From a virus (Duplodnaviria > Caudoviricetes), in the IMG/VR virus record IMGVR_UViG_3300047548_000102, positions 1 through 39,585 of that record: DNA of 39,585 nt; one strand, given 5' to 3'. The notes under the pieces were generated by a model. The model saw only the letters and a program-made list of their open reading frames with translations, was not told the origin of the DNA and did not search any database. Of the stretch, positions 1 through 8,267 are shown in pieces. Each line of letters opens with the position of its first letter. The first letter of the stretch is position 1. The translations under genes were made by a program, and so were the position numbers.

Positions 1-127
1 GGAGCCATCGGTGTAACAGCAGTTCCGCCACCTCCGCCTCCACCGCCACTAAGCAAGCCTAATGACGACAAGCTGGTTAATGCCTTCAGGATGTCTGAGA
101 TGCTTAAGGAACCTGCTAAAGTAGTAG
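1..127. repeat. Terminal direct repeat, left copy (circular assembly overlap)
   Basis: 1..127 is identical to 39459..39585; it lies inside a continuous ORF and 127 is a common assembler k-mer. Confidence 0.95.
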
Positions 128-1328
128 CAGTATCAGCTTCAGTCTTACTTCCTGTTTGTTCTAATACTTTGTCATAAGCACTTGTTTGAGCGCCTGTAAT
201 TTTAGGACCGTACAGAGTTCCTGCATTGATAACAGCAGCAACATCACCGATGTTTTGCTGAGGCTTTGCAGTGCCTGTGACATCAACTACCTGATCAGCA
301 GGATTTACTGTCGTTGCAGCACCAGTAGTCACTGCGGCAGGATTCACCGTTGCTGCAATAGCTGCTGCAAGATTGTCGTTAGTAGTGTTAGGCTGCTGAG
401 ATCCAGTAACAGTCACTTGTTGGTCTGCAAGAGGACCTAAATCAGTGGCTGTCAGATTAGGTTGAGTTGTTACAGCAGAAGGCACAGCAGCCGCTAAGCC
501 GCCTAGAAGACCACCAGCATTGACGCCAGGATTCGTACCAGTAGTGGTTACCGTCTGTAGGCCACTGGCGTCTGTAGAGACCGTTGTAGGGCTTGCAGCA
601 GTGGTTACAGCAGTGTCAGTGAACAACCCACGATTACCTAAAGTGATCTCATTAGCAATCTGGTCTACAGACAAACCAGAAGTAGCTGCGTCAGCGGCAC
701 CAATGGCAGCAGTAGCGTTAACACCACTAGCCCTTAATACCTGTTCAATCTGATCAGCACCCAGGCCTTGACCGGCTAACTGAGCAGCATCAGCAGCAAT
801 GAACTGAGCATCCGTCAGCGTAGAAGTATTAGCTGCTTCAGCACCACCAAAGAGTCCACCAGCGTAAGTACCACCAGCAGCCAGCAGAGCAGCCTTCAGA
901 GGATCTTGTCCTGAAATAGCACCTGCGGTTCCAGAGATCAAGGCATTGCCTAGAGCGCTGGCTCCGGTGCCTGTTAGAGCACCCCCACTAAGAAAGCCAC
1001 CAAGGGCTCCACCAGCACCACCAGCAGTCAATGCCATAGCTGCCAAAGGAGCTAGATCTTCTGCTGCGGTTGTTAAAAGATCACCAAAATTGCCTACTTC
1101 TTTGAACTGACCTGTACCAACTTCTTGCATAGTTGGAGAGTAGGTCTTATAGGCTTTACCGGGATCAGTCTCTCCTTGCTTATACGCAAGAATCTGTGTC
1201 AGCGGTCCTTGTTCAAATGTTTCGCCTTGGCCGGTGGAATCAAAGATAGGCTGATACAGCACACCATCAATCACTACAGGACTACCACCGCCCTGTGCTA
1301 AGATTTCTTCAGTAGATGGGATAGCCAT
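1..1328 (-). CDS. 5' part of a ~487-aa Ala/Gly/Thr-rich virion protein (possible ejection/internal protein) spanning the contig junction
   Basis: Manual translation from ATG 1328 (MAIPSTEEILAQGGG...) is open to position 1 and continues through the overlap into 39458..39323 (...LLSGGGGGGGGTAVTPMAP...WYEGKFGG*); missed by the ORF track. Confidence 0.8.
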   Translation of the reverse strand, partial: MAIPSTEEILAQGGGSPVVIDGVLYQPIFDSTGQGETFEQGPLTQILAYKQGETDPGKAYKTYSPTMQEVGTGQFKEVGNFGDLLTTAAEDLAPLAAMALTAGGAGGALGGFLSGGALTGTGASALGNALISGTAGAISGQDPLKAALLAAGGTYAGGLFGGAEAANTSTLTDAQFIAADAAQLAGQGLGADQIEQVLRASGVNATAAIGAADAATSGLSVDQIANEITLGNRGLFTDTAVTTAASPTTVSTDASGLQTVTTTGTNPGVNAGGLLGGLAAAVPSAVTTQPNLTATDLGPLADQQVTVTGSQQPNTTNDNLAAAIAATVNPAAVTTGAATTVNPADQVVDVTGTAKPQQNIGDVAAVINAGTLYGPKITGAQTSAYDKVLEQTGSKTEADTATTLAGSLSISDILKALTSLSSLGLLSGGGGGGGGTAVTPMA

Positions 1329-1329
1329 G

Positions 1330-1659
1330 TTATGCCTTTCTGTAGACTTCAAATGTATTGACAGCACTCATAGTTGATCCAGTTTCTGTCAGCATTCTAA
1401 CTTCATCGCCTTCTTCAAGTACAATGTAAGCACCACCATCAAACTTGATAAAGTTAGTGTGGGTTAACTGATAACCATCAAGAATGATGACCTCAGTAGT
1501 AGCGCTCTTATCGTACCAGTATACATCTACTGTCTTATTCACACCAGACGTATTGACAATGTAACACAGATTCCAAAGAGCATAGTACCCCGTAGGAACA
1601 GTGTATACAGTTGTTTTTACGTTAGCTGCTAGATTGTTTCCTACGGAGTATTGTCTCAT
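1330..1659 (-). CDS. Hypothetical structural protein (109 aa, beta-rich)
   Basis: Tightly packed in the late operon; TAATG overlap with the upstream gene. Confidence 0.75.
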   Translation of the reverse strand: MRQYSVGNNLAANVKTTVYTVPTGYYALWNLCYIVNTSGVNKTVDVYWYDKSATTEVIILDGYQLTHTNFIKFDGGAYIVLEEGDEVRMLTETGSTMSAVNTFEVYRKA

Positions 1660-2009
1660 TATGCGAACATTCTGCTAGGGGTTTTAACTTCAACCTTGTA
1701 GGCATCCAACTCCGGAGCCTCTTCGGTGTGTCTGACGTTGACATGCCAGCCGTCCAGCGGAGCCATCTCATCCACCGCTTCGCCGCTTTCGTCCTCAGCA
1801 GGCAGCACGTTGCCCGTGGGCTTGTAGATGGTGCCAACGACATCCACCGCCGCGTACTTGGGCACCAAGACCGTCTCGACCACATCGTCTTGCACGTTGG
1901 TCTGCTCGGTGAACAGCGCCGCGTTGGCCTGGGCTGCGTCAGCGAATTTCAGGAAGTAGTCAGTGAACATGGGCACCTCGTTGAATGGGTCGAAGGGGTC
2001 GTAGGTCAT
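1659..2009 (-). CDS. Fibre-associated hypothetical protein (possible assembly chaperone); alternative start 1970
   Basis: DYFLKFAD...GWHVNVR...P.RMFA type protein downstream of the fibre gene; ATGA coupling at 2009; GAGGTG SD before 1970. Confidence 0.7.
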   Translation of the reverse strand: MTYDPFDPFNEVPMFTDYFLKFADAAQANAALFTEQTNVQDDVVETVLVPKYAAVDVVGTIYKPTGNVLPAEDESGEAVDEMAPLDGWHVNVRHTEEAPELDAYKVEVKTPSRMFA

Positions 2010-2083
2010 TTGCGTTTCCTGATCAAGCGCACCAGCGGCATCAACGCCAAGCCGTCTAGGAATCCGCGTAGGAAGTGGGTCAT
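2006..2083 (-). CDS. 25-aa amphipathic/basic peptide MTHFLRGFLDGLALMPLVRLIRKRK
   Basis: ATGA stop/start overlaps at both ends exactly fill the gap between neighbours. Confidence 0.55.
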   Translation of the reverse strand: MTHFLRGFLDGLALMPLVRLIRKRK

Positions 2084-2373
2084 GCTGTGATGGCCTGCAA
2101 CTCGTCACACTCGTCAAACTCGTCTCTGACTGGCTCGTAGCTGTTTTCCTGCCGCGTTGTGCCGTCATCGTTGTAGTAAGTCCGCTGCCTCATACACAAC
2201 CCTGCGTGAGCCACTTTCTGCCCGCACTGTTTTTCGTTGTCTTCGTTGATGATTTGCGCGATACGCAAGGCTTTTTCGTCAGAGATCCAGTCCATTAACG
2301 TGAACTGACTTTTGAAGTCGTCCCACTCAAGAACATATGAGTAAACGTATTTGTTGTGCGGTACATGCTTCAT
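2080..2373 (-). CDS. Hypothetical protein (97 aa), inserted moron-like gene ending in ELQAITA
   Basis: AAGGAG SD before ATG 2373; C-terminus duplicates that of the upstream fibre gene. Confidence 0.65.
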   Translation of the reverse strand: MKHVPHNKYVYSYVLEWDDFKSQFTLMDWISDEKALRIAQIINEDNEKQCGQKVAHAGLCMRQRTYYNDDGTTRQENSYEPVRDEFDECDELQAITA

Positions 2374-2408
2374 GTTGTTCTCCTTAAGCGGTGATGGCCT
2401 GCAACTCG
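2087..2408. repeat. 18-bp direct repeat GTGATGGCCTGCAACTCG at 2087..2104 and 2391..2408
   Basis: Exact match read from the sequence; encodes ELQAIT on the - strand in both genes. Confidence 0.9.
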
Positions 2409-3601
2409 GCATTGCTCAGGCGGCGGGGGTAGAACACTACACGGCGGAGGTAGCCGTTCAGATACACGCCACTTACAAAATCAAATCCGAGTCTAAAAAT
2501 AGAAACGGCAGGCACAGCACCAGTCGTATCAGTTGCTGCTGCGCTTGCATTACTGACGGCGGCAAAATTATCAGTTGCGTAAGCGTTTGCAAATTTTAAA
2601 ACTGTGCTTGCAGGAATTGCAGATCCGGGGAACAAATCTGCGGAGGTGACTCCAGATGCTGCCACAACAACGCGAGCCGCTCCAGAAGCTCCTATAAAAC
2701 TTCTAATATTGTTGTTCACCGTTGCGTCATCGAACATTGCCAAACCAGTTCCGGCTATTGCTATTTGACGAGTTGCTAATGTTTCTGTGTACAACGTACC
2801 TTGGCTTGCATTAAACCAAGGACTCAGCGTATTCACTGAAGCCACATCGGCTGCACGGGTCAGCGCGGTGGTGGTTGTGGGGATGACGGAGGTGGCAAAC
2901 GCGCCCTGCTCTAGCTGGGGCAGGCCGATGCGCAGGGTGATGTCGATGGCGACACCAGTCAGGTTGAGTGATATGTACTGCTGAGTAAACGCGGTTGTTG
3001 CCTGATTTAGTGTGCGGGCATGTGTTGGTCTTTGCGTTGCTAGGGCTGAAGTTGTTGGCGTAAATGAAACATTACTATTTGCAAGGAAAGTCCCTGCTGC
3101 GTTATTTTCTGCAAGATTCAAAACAAAATTAGAGAGGCCCGCAGTAGTGCCTGCCGCAAGTTTGACGTATAAACTTGTGTTCCACGTTTGCCCATTTAAC
3201 GCGGCTGCGCCAGGATTGTTACTGGCGTCCGTAAAAATTGAGTACGAACCAGCTGCACTAGGTGTGCCACTCAAACGAATATCAATGTAAGTGATGCCGC
3301 TCTCTGTGCCTGTTCCAACAATCTCTCGCGTCAGCCCTGTCAACGTGGTGAACGTACTCCAATTCGTCGGCAACGTCCCCGGCGTACCCGCCACCGCACC
3401 AACCATCGTGTTGTTACGGATGCTGTTCGTCCTCGCCTCCTCAATCAGCAACCCCTGAGCCGCCAGCGTGCTGGGGTTGTAGTCCAGGCGTGGAGCGTCA
3501 ATGGCTGCGCTGGTCAACACACCAGCCGAGTTGAAGTACGTGCCAGTTGACGCACGGGTGAAGGTGATGATGTCGCTAAAATTCTTAGATACTAAAGCCA
3601 T
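2384..3601 (-). CDS. Fibre/spike protein with probable C-terminal lectin (LamG/ConA-like) domain
   Basis: N-terminal TFTRASTGTY...PRLDY...GLLIEEARTN and LEQGAFATS.IPT...RAAD motifs typical of phage fibre/spike proteins. Confidence 0.75.
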   Translation of the reverse strand: MALVSKNFSDIITFTRASTGTYFNSAGVLTSAAIDAPRLDYNPSTLAAQGLLIEEARTNSIRNNTMVGAVAGTPGTLPTNWSTFTTLTGLTREIVGTGTESGITYIDIRLSGTPSAAGSYSIFTDASNNPGAAALNGQTWNTSLYVKLAAGTTAGLSNFVLNLAENNAAGTFLANSNVSFTPTTSALATQRPTHARTLNQATTAFTQQYISLNLTGVAIDITLRIGLPQLEQGAFATSVIPTTTTALTRAADVASVNTLSPWFNASQGTLYTETLATRQIAIAGTGLAMFDDATVNNNIRSFIGASGAARVVVAASGVTSADLFPGSAIPASTVLKFANAYATDNFAAVSNASAAATDTTGAVPAVSIFRLGFDFVSGVYLNGYLRRVVFYPRRLSNAELQAITA

Positions 3602-3602
3602 T

Positions 3603-4043
3603 TTATTCTTCCCAAGCGTAAGAAGTGAAGATTTCGTAAGTGTTCTCTACAAAGTTTAAGTCTAGACTTTCAGCAGTTTCTGCGGCTAAACCAACAAAGT
3701 TCAAATCTAACGAAGCACCTGAGTAATAAATACCACCACCCGCAAGGGTATTAAATGGAATGTATCCCGTATCTGATACCTGCCAAGCAACCGTAGCAGC
3801 ATTATCAACATATACAGGAATAAAGTCAATCCAAGACTGCTTACCGGTAGTGCTTGTTAAGAAGTCACAAGCAATGTATCCATTAGTGTTAAAAGAGTTA
3901 GCAATGTCTGCACCAGTGGATTGAATCTTTACAGGTATGTAATCCGTCCACCGCGTAAGACCAGTAACACTGGACAGAGCGAATACAACCATCTGTGATT
4001 CATTACTGGTACTGACTGACGATGGATAGGTTACAGGAATCAT
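3603..4043 (-). CDS. Hypothetical structural protein (146 aa) with internal repeats
   Basis: W.D(Y/F)IPV x2, GYI x2 and SLDLNFV x2; TAATG coupling. Confidence 0.7.
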   Translation of the reverse strand: MIPVTYPSSVSTSNESQMVVFALSSVTGLTRWTDYIPVKIQSTGADIANSFNTNGYIACDFLTSTTGKQSWIDFIPVYVDNAATVAWQVSDTGYIPFNTLAGGGIYYSGASLDLNFVGLAAETAESLDLNFVENTYEIFTSYAWEE

Positions 4044-4198
4044 TACTTATCCTCTTTAGGAGGCCGTCCTCGACGCACCTCAGGTTGTTCTTTATCTTTG
4101 ACAACAAGCTCATACCCATCATGGGTCTTCATTGCATCGTTGTCATGATCTTCGGTAAACTCAATGACGTTACCGGTAAGTTTACATTTCCACTTCAT
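4043..4198 (-). CDS. Small protein (51 aa) with C-terminal RRGRPP (AT-hook-like) motif
   Basis: Manual translation MKWKCKLTGNVIEF...VRRGRPPKEDK; GGAGGT SD; TAATG overlap with the next gene. Confidence 0.7.
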   Translation of the reverse strand: MKWKCKLTGNVIEFTEDHDNDAMKTHDGYELVVKDKEQPEVRRGRPPKEDK

Positions 4199-4223
4199 CA
4201 GTTACCTCCTAAGAGACTGATGA

Positions 4224-4241
4224 TGCCCTCCGAAGAGGGCA
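4224..4241 (-). other. C(UUCG)G tetraloop hairpin (mRNA stabiliser or weak terminator)
   Basis: TGCCCTC-TTCG-GAGGGCA on the - strand; no strong U-tract. Confidence 0.55.
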
Positions 4242-4254
4242 CCAAAGTTAACAA

Positions 4255-4593
4255 TTAGAACGCAGGACGACCAATGACAACCTTCCAGGTGGAAGAAGCC
4301 AGATCAAGAGCCGAAGCAGCATTCAAGTTAGAAATACGAATAGTCAGCGTGTTAGCAGCAGACACATAGGCCATAACTTCTGCATCAGCAGTCAAGTTAA
4401 CGCCAGGACCAACACCCAGAACCATATCGCCAAGAGCAAGACCAGTGATCGTGAACGTACCGGTATCTTCTGCGCCAGCAGCAATCGAAGCCGGATCAAC
4501 CGTCAACGTAGCTTGCCAGAGTTCATTAAAGACACCACCAAACTGTTCACGCCCTTGCTTGACACTAGCGACGGTAGCGGTAGTAAAAGCCAT
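4255..4593 (-). CDS. Putative capsid decoration/minor capsid protein (112 aa)
   Basis: Directly after the MCP gene; small beta-rich protein; AGGAGG SD. Confidence 0.6.
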   Translation of the reverse strand: MAFTTATVASVKQGREQFGGVFNELWQATLTVDPASIAAGAEDTGTFTITGLALGDMVLGVGPGVNLTADAEVMAYVSAANTLTIRISNLNAASALDLASSTWKVVIGRPAF

Positions 4594-4608
4594 AATTCCT
4601 CCTAAGTT

Positions 4609-4633
4609 ATGAAGAAGCCCCCGTAGGGGCTCC
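4609..4633 (-). terminator. Rho-independent terminator (probably leaky) after the major capsid gene
   Basis: AGCCCC-TACG-GGGGCT stem with UNCG loop followed by TCTTCAT. Confidence 0.65.
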
Positions 4634-4641
4634 TATGTCAA

Positions 4642-5601
4642 TTAGGCCGGAACAGCGATAGCGAACGCACCCGTGGGCACATCGGCGTCATCGCCCTTAC
4701 GGACAATCTGCACACCGTACAGCGTGTCAACCGTCAGCAGGTCGCCCAGGTACTCTTGCTTGTACTGAGTCTGCGAACGCACACCCATTTGCTCAGCCAG
4801 CACCAGAGCTTCCTTCTGGAACAACAGAGCAATACGAGCAGCGCCAGAGCCAGAGGTCGTGTCGCAGTTAGGCGTCACGTAGACTTCCACGCCGTACACG
4901 TTACCGATACGACCATTGCGGATCGTGTTAGCAGCACCGCCTTCACCAACGAAAGCCTGCTCAGTGTAGCGAGCAATGCCCATCAGCGTGTTACGAGCAG
5001 ACGGAGGAACGATCAGGAAGCGGTCTTCCATCGGCAGATCGTTGTCGTCCAGACGCTGGATCATACGACGGATACCGGCATCGGTCAGAGCGGATTCGTT
5101 GTTAGAAGCCGCCACATAAGCGGTCGTACCATTGCCACCAGCGTAGGCGGTAGCGTAAGCAGCGGTGCCAGCACCGTTGTTGGCAGAGCGACCCAGTTGG
5201 ATCAGATCCGTGTCCACTTGACGAGCCAGAGCGTAGCCAGCATCATCAGTGTAGAAACGACGAAGCGAGGACAGAGCCTGCACTGACACGATGTCTTCGA
5301 TCAGACGAGAGACTTCGAAGTGCTTGTTGATGAGCACTTGCACGTTAGACTCAGTGTCTTGCTGAATCTTGACGGTAGCGTTAGCGCCCTTGGCTTGAGC
5401 CACAGCACGGCTGGGCATCGGGATGTTGATCGTGTCACCCTTCTTGCCCTTGTGGTTCATCTTGCGAACCAGATTAGCCATCACAAGATTCTTCTTGTAG
5501 GCAGCGATAACTTCGTCAGACCAGACTTCTGGAATGAACGTAGCAGCGGTGGTAGTCGTTACGTTGTTAGCACTACCGTAAGCGCCATTGGAAACAGCCA
5601 T
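4642..5601 (-). CDS. Major capsid protein (HK97 fold)
   Basis: FIPEVWSDEVI...KKGDTINIP, YALARQVD, GRIGNVYGVEVY, TLYGV motifs; follows scaffold; strong SD and codon bias. Confidence 0.9.
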   Translation of the reverse strand: MAVSNGAYGSANNVTTTTAATFIPEVWSDEVIAAYKKNLVMANLVRKMNHKGKKGDTINIPMPSRAVAQAKGANATVKIQQDTESNVQVLINKHFEVSRLIEDIVSVQALSSLRRFYTDDAGYALARQVDTDLIQLGRSANNGAGTAAYATAYAGGNGTTAYVAASNNESALTDAGIRRMIQRLDDNDLPMEDRFLIVPPSARNTLMGIARYTEQAFVGEGGAANTIRNGRIGNVYGVEVYVTPNCDTTSGSGAARIALLFQKEALVLAEQMGVRSQTQYKQEYLGDLLTVDTLYGVQIVRKGDDADVPTGAFAIAVPA

Positions 5602-5616
5602 TTTAATACTCCTTGA

Positions 5617-6039
5617 TTATTTACTTTGAAAACACTCCCGCCCTCGGCGGTTAAGCGATCTAATTTTGTCGATAAAGTCTGTGCGAGAATCCTCTGGTCT
5701 TCGTATTTTTTCTGAACACCACTCAAGAACTAATTCTGCTTGTTCCTTTTTGGAAACAAGATATGGTAAAATCAATTCTAACGTTGCAACGACACGCGGA
5801 CGAGATTCCAAGGCTATTTCCCAAGCGGGCTTTGCATTTTTTCTTTCTCCGCGATCGGAGTATCGAATATAGTATTCAATACCTGCTTCATTAAGAATTT
5901 CTTTACATTTATTAATTAATTTTTCGTTTGTGTTTGCAATTTTTACGGCAGGAACATAGTAGGTTGATCGCTTGAACAACGAAATACATCCCTCACCATC
6001 AATAATGCCCGCAAACCATGCTTTATCTGTTTCTTTCAA
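5617..6039 (-). mobile_element. Free-standing single-motif LAGLIDADG homing endonuclease gene
   Basis: AWFAGIIDGEGCI motif, ...LPYLVSKKEQAELV; AT-rich codons; TTG start overlaps the scaffold stop. Confidence 0.85.
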
Positions 6040-6818
6040 CGGACTCTCCCTTCCGAATAGGCTTTCATGATTTCATCTTGAAGAGCATCATATCGGTCAG
6101 GATTTTCTAAACGTAGCCGGATAAGGTCGGCACGACGATAAACCTTCTTTGAAGTTTCCCCTGTACCTGCTGTGTTGACCATTGCAGTCTTCATCTGAGC
6201 ATCACGGGTCTGCTTAGCATTGTCAGTTACCTGAGTCTGCTTAGCACCACGGATCTGCTTAAAAGTACTGATAAGTTCATCAGCAGCAGTAAAATCATAC
6301 TGACTGTCTGCCATAGCAAACATATTCAATCGAAGCGGAGAAGCCTTAACCCATTCAACGAACTCACCGTCACGCACGACATCAGCAAAATCAGGGTGCT
6401 TCTTAGCAAGCATTGCCTGCGTCTGAAGCTGCTTCATTTGTGCTGCTGCCTGCTTTGCAGCAAGGACATCAGGGTGATTAGCTACAGCCTTTTGAACTGC
6501 CAGTTTGGGATCTTCAAAGAAATCCAGTTCAACTTCTGGTTCTTCTTTGGGTTGTGCTTGTGGCTTTTGAGCGAGTTGCTGTTTAAGCAGTTCATCCGCT
6601 AATCGACGTACTTCACCAACCTCTTGTGCCTGCTTACCAATGAGCTTCTCAGCCTCTTGGTGCATCTTCACAATGTCTTCAACACTTTTGCCCCGATACT
6701 TATCAGGAATGTTTACCGGTGGTTCGCTGACTTCTGGCTTTGCAGCCTGAGCAGCTTGAAGTTCCTCGACAGCAGAAATTTCACTGTCGTTACCCAGTTC
6801 GTCATCATCAACAATCAT
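6036..6818 (-). CDS. Capsid scaffolding protein
   Basis: Acidic N-terminus, IPDKYRGKS..DIVKMHQEAEKLIG coiled coil, C-terminal EIMKAYSEGRVR; upstream of MCP. Confidence 0.8.
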   Translation of the reverse strand: MIVDDDELGNDSEISAVEELQAAQAAKPEVSEPPVNIPDKYRGKSVEDIVKMHQEAEKLIGKQAQEVGEVRRLADELLKQQLAQKPQAQPKEEPEVELDFFEDPKLAVQKAVANHPDVLAAKQAAAQMKQLQTQAMLAKKHPDFADVVRDGEFVEWVKASPLRLNMFAMADSQYDFTAADELISTFKQIRGAKQTQVTDNAKQTRDAQMKTAMVNTAGTGETSKKVYRRADLIRLRLENPDRYDALQDEIMKAYSEGRVR

Positions 6819-6867
6819 ACCTAACCTTTCTCCTGCCTTGCGGTTTTAGGAGTATAAAAATGTCAGC

Positions 6868-7113
6868 TTAGTCTGAGTCTTTCTCAGCGGCTAACTTAGT
6901 TGCTTGTTTGTGCTTTTCAGCACGGGTACGCATCCACTTAGATGCTGCGCCAGGGAAAGCCCCGGTAAAGCCTTCTAAGTTGATTCTAGGCGTAGAGATT
7001 AACCTTACAGATTGCTCAGCACACTGCGGGCACTGAATCTCTCTAATGTAACTCTCTACAAGTCTCTCTGTGACATGCCCATTAAAGCATGCAAATTCAA
7101 AGATTTGTCTCAT
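6868..7113 (-). CDS. FmdB-like zinc-ribbon protein
   Basis: IFEFAC..GH...CPQC pattern; start at ATG 7113. Confidence 0.7.
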   Translation of the reverse strand: MRQIFEFACFNGHVTERLVESYIREIQCPQCAEQSVRLISTPRINLEGFTGAFPGAASKWMRTRAEKHKQATKLAAEKDSD

Positions 7114-7339
7114 TCTGAAGTTCCTCAAATACCTTTTCACACATCTGTTTACGATTGACAATCAAGTCTAAGATGTCTAGTTGTCCCCTACGGAACCAGA
7201 GATCCTTCTCGTCTTTGATGTTCTCTATCTTAGTAACTTCAGACTGAAGAGCCTTCATGTCTTCTACAAGGTCAATCCAACCCTGCGTGATAAATAGCGA
7301 AAAAGCATTCTCATAGTATTGCGAAAGGCTTTTGTCCAT
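7097..7339 (-). CDS. Hypothetical head-region protein (80 aa)
   Basis: First gene after the 7369..7397 promoter; LWFRRGQLDIL motif. Confidence 0.7.
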   Translation of the reverse strand: MDKSLSQYYENAFSLFITQGWIDLVEDMKALQSEVTKIENIKDEKDLWFRRGQLDILDLIVNRKQMCEKVFEELQNETNL

Positions 7340-7368
7340 AAGGAAACCTTGTTGTTAAACAGTGTTGC

Positions 7369-7397
7369 ATCATACCACAAAACGCTCTTGTTGTCAA
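7369..7397 (-). promoter_or_regulatory. Sigma70-type promoter for scaffold/capsid genes
   Basis: TTGACA-17 bp-TATGAT with extended -10 TG. Confidence 0.8.
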
Positions 7398-7403
7398 GAG
7401 GTT

Positions 7404-7676
7404 TTACAGAAATTTTGCACCAAATTGTAAGATACTGAATAAAATAGCAGCGGACACCCAAACACCAATGCCTCGGTTGACCCATTGATCAACTTTCTTC
7501 TCAGTTTTGCTTAGTGCGCTTTCATGCACTGCTATCTTAGTTTCACATTTACCAATGCGTTCACCCTGAGAGGATTGACGCTCTTCGATGAGAATCAGTC
7601 GTTGAATTGCGTCAGTCAGTTTATCTACTTTAGTTTCTAACCGACGAAAGTCATCTTGTGAGACAGGATCAGACAT
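7404..7676 (-). CDS. Coiled-coil protein with C-terminal transmembrane helix (XhlA/holin-like)
   Basis: Heptad repeats then GIGVWVSAAILFSILQFGAKFL. Confidence 0.55.
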   Translation of the reverse strand: MSDPVSQDDFRRLETKVDKLTDAIQRLILIEERQSSQGERIGKCETKIAVHESALSKTEKKVDQWVNRGIGVWVSAAILFSILQFGAKFL

Positions 7677-7685
7677 TGATATTCC

Positions 7686-8267
7686 TTAAGTGTAAATGGT
7701 GGGGTCTTTGTAAAGAACTTGCCATGAAGAACCATTCCAGTACTTCATGACAGCAGAGACGCCACCAAAAGGAACACCTCCGCCTGATTCAGTGGCAGCA
7801 AAAGAGCCTGTAATTGCAACAGATACAGATCCTACAGCAGCAAAAACATCTGCGCCTGTTTCAGTTAAGTTACCAGCGCCGGTGCTTACTAATTGTGCAA
7901 CTCCAGTAAAAGAATCTGAAGAAGATTCAGCGGCTATCTTAGAACCAACGACAACTACAAGACCAGAAGCAGAAAATGAGTCACTTCCTGATTCAGTAAC
8001 AGTTAAAGAAGCCAGCGGTAAAACATTCCCAGTACTTCCAAACGTATCTGTGCTTGCCTCAGAAACTGCTAAAGTACCTACAGTTCTAATTGAGCCTGTA
8101 GAAGATAAACTATCAGCCGTAGTCTCAGAAGCCGCTAAAGTACCATTATTTCTAATAGTTCCTGTAGAAGCAAATAGATCAGATCCTGTTTCAGAAGCTG
8201 CTAAGTCACCTATTGTACCTTCAGGAGCACTGCCACCGCCTTGAGAAAGTAGCAGTAACAGTGCCAT
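7686..8267 (-). CDS. Structural protein with ~22-aa tandem repeats
   Basis: Six to seven G.L.(A/V)(S/T)E...D.F...G repeats; C-terminal KYWNGSSW. Confidence 0.7.
   Translation of the reverse strand: MALLLLLSQGGGSAPEGTIGDLAASETGSDLFASTGTIRNNGTLAASETTADSLSSTGSIRTVGTLAVSEASTDTFGSTGNVLPLASLTVTESGSDSFSASGLVVVVGSKIAAESSSDSFTGVAQLVSTGAGNLTETGADVFAAVGSVSVAITGSFAATESGGGVPFGGVSAVMKYWNGSSWQVLYKDPTIYT

Noticed and set aside
1-127. 127-bp repeat as biological terminal repeat
   Set aside because: It lies mid-gene and its length equals a standard assembler k-mer
2080-3601. Diversity-generating retroelement at the fibre 3' end
   Set aside because: The repeat is only ~18-21 bp, shows no adenine-specific variation, and no reverse transcriptase is encoded
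5602-6039. Group I intron or intein around the LAGLIDADG ORF
   Set aside because: Both flanking genes look complete and there is no room for a ribozyme core or splicing motifs
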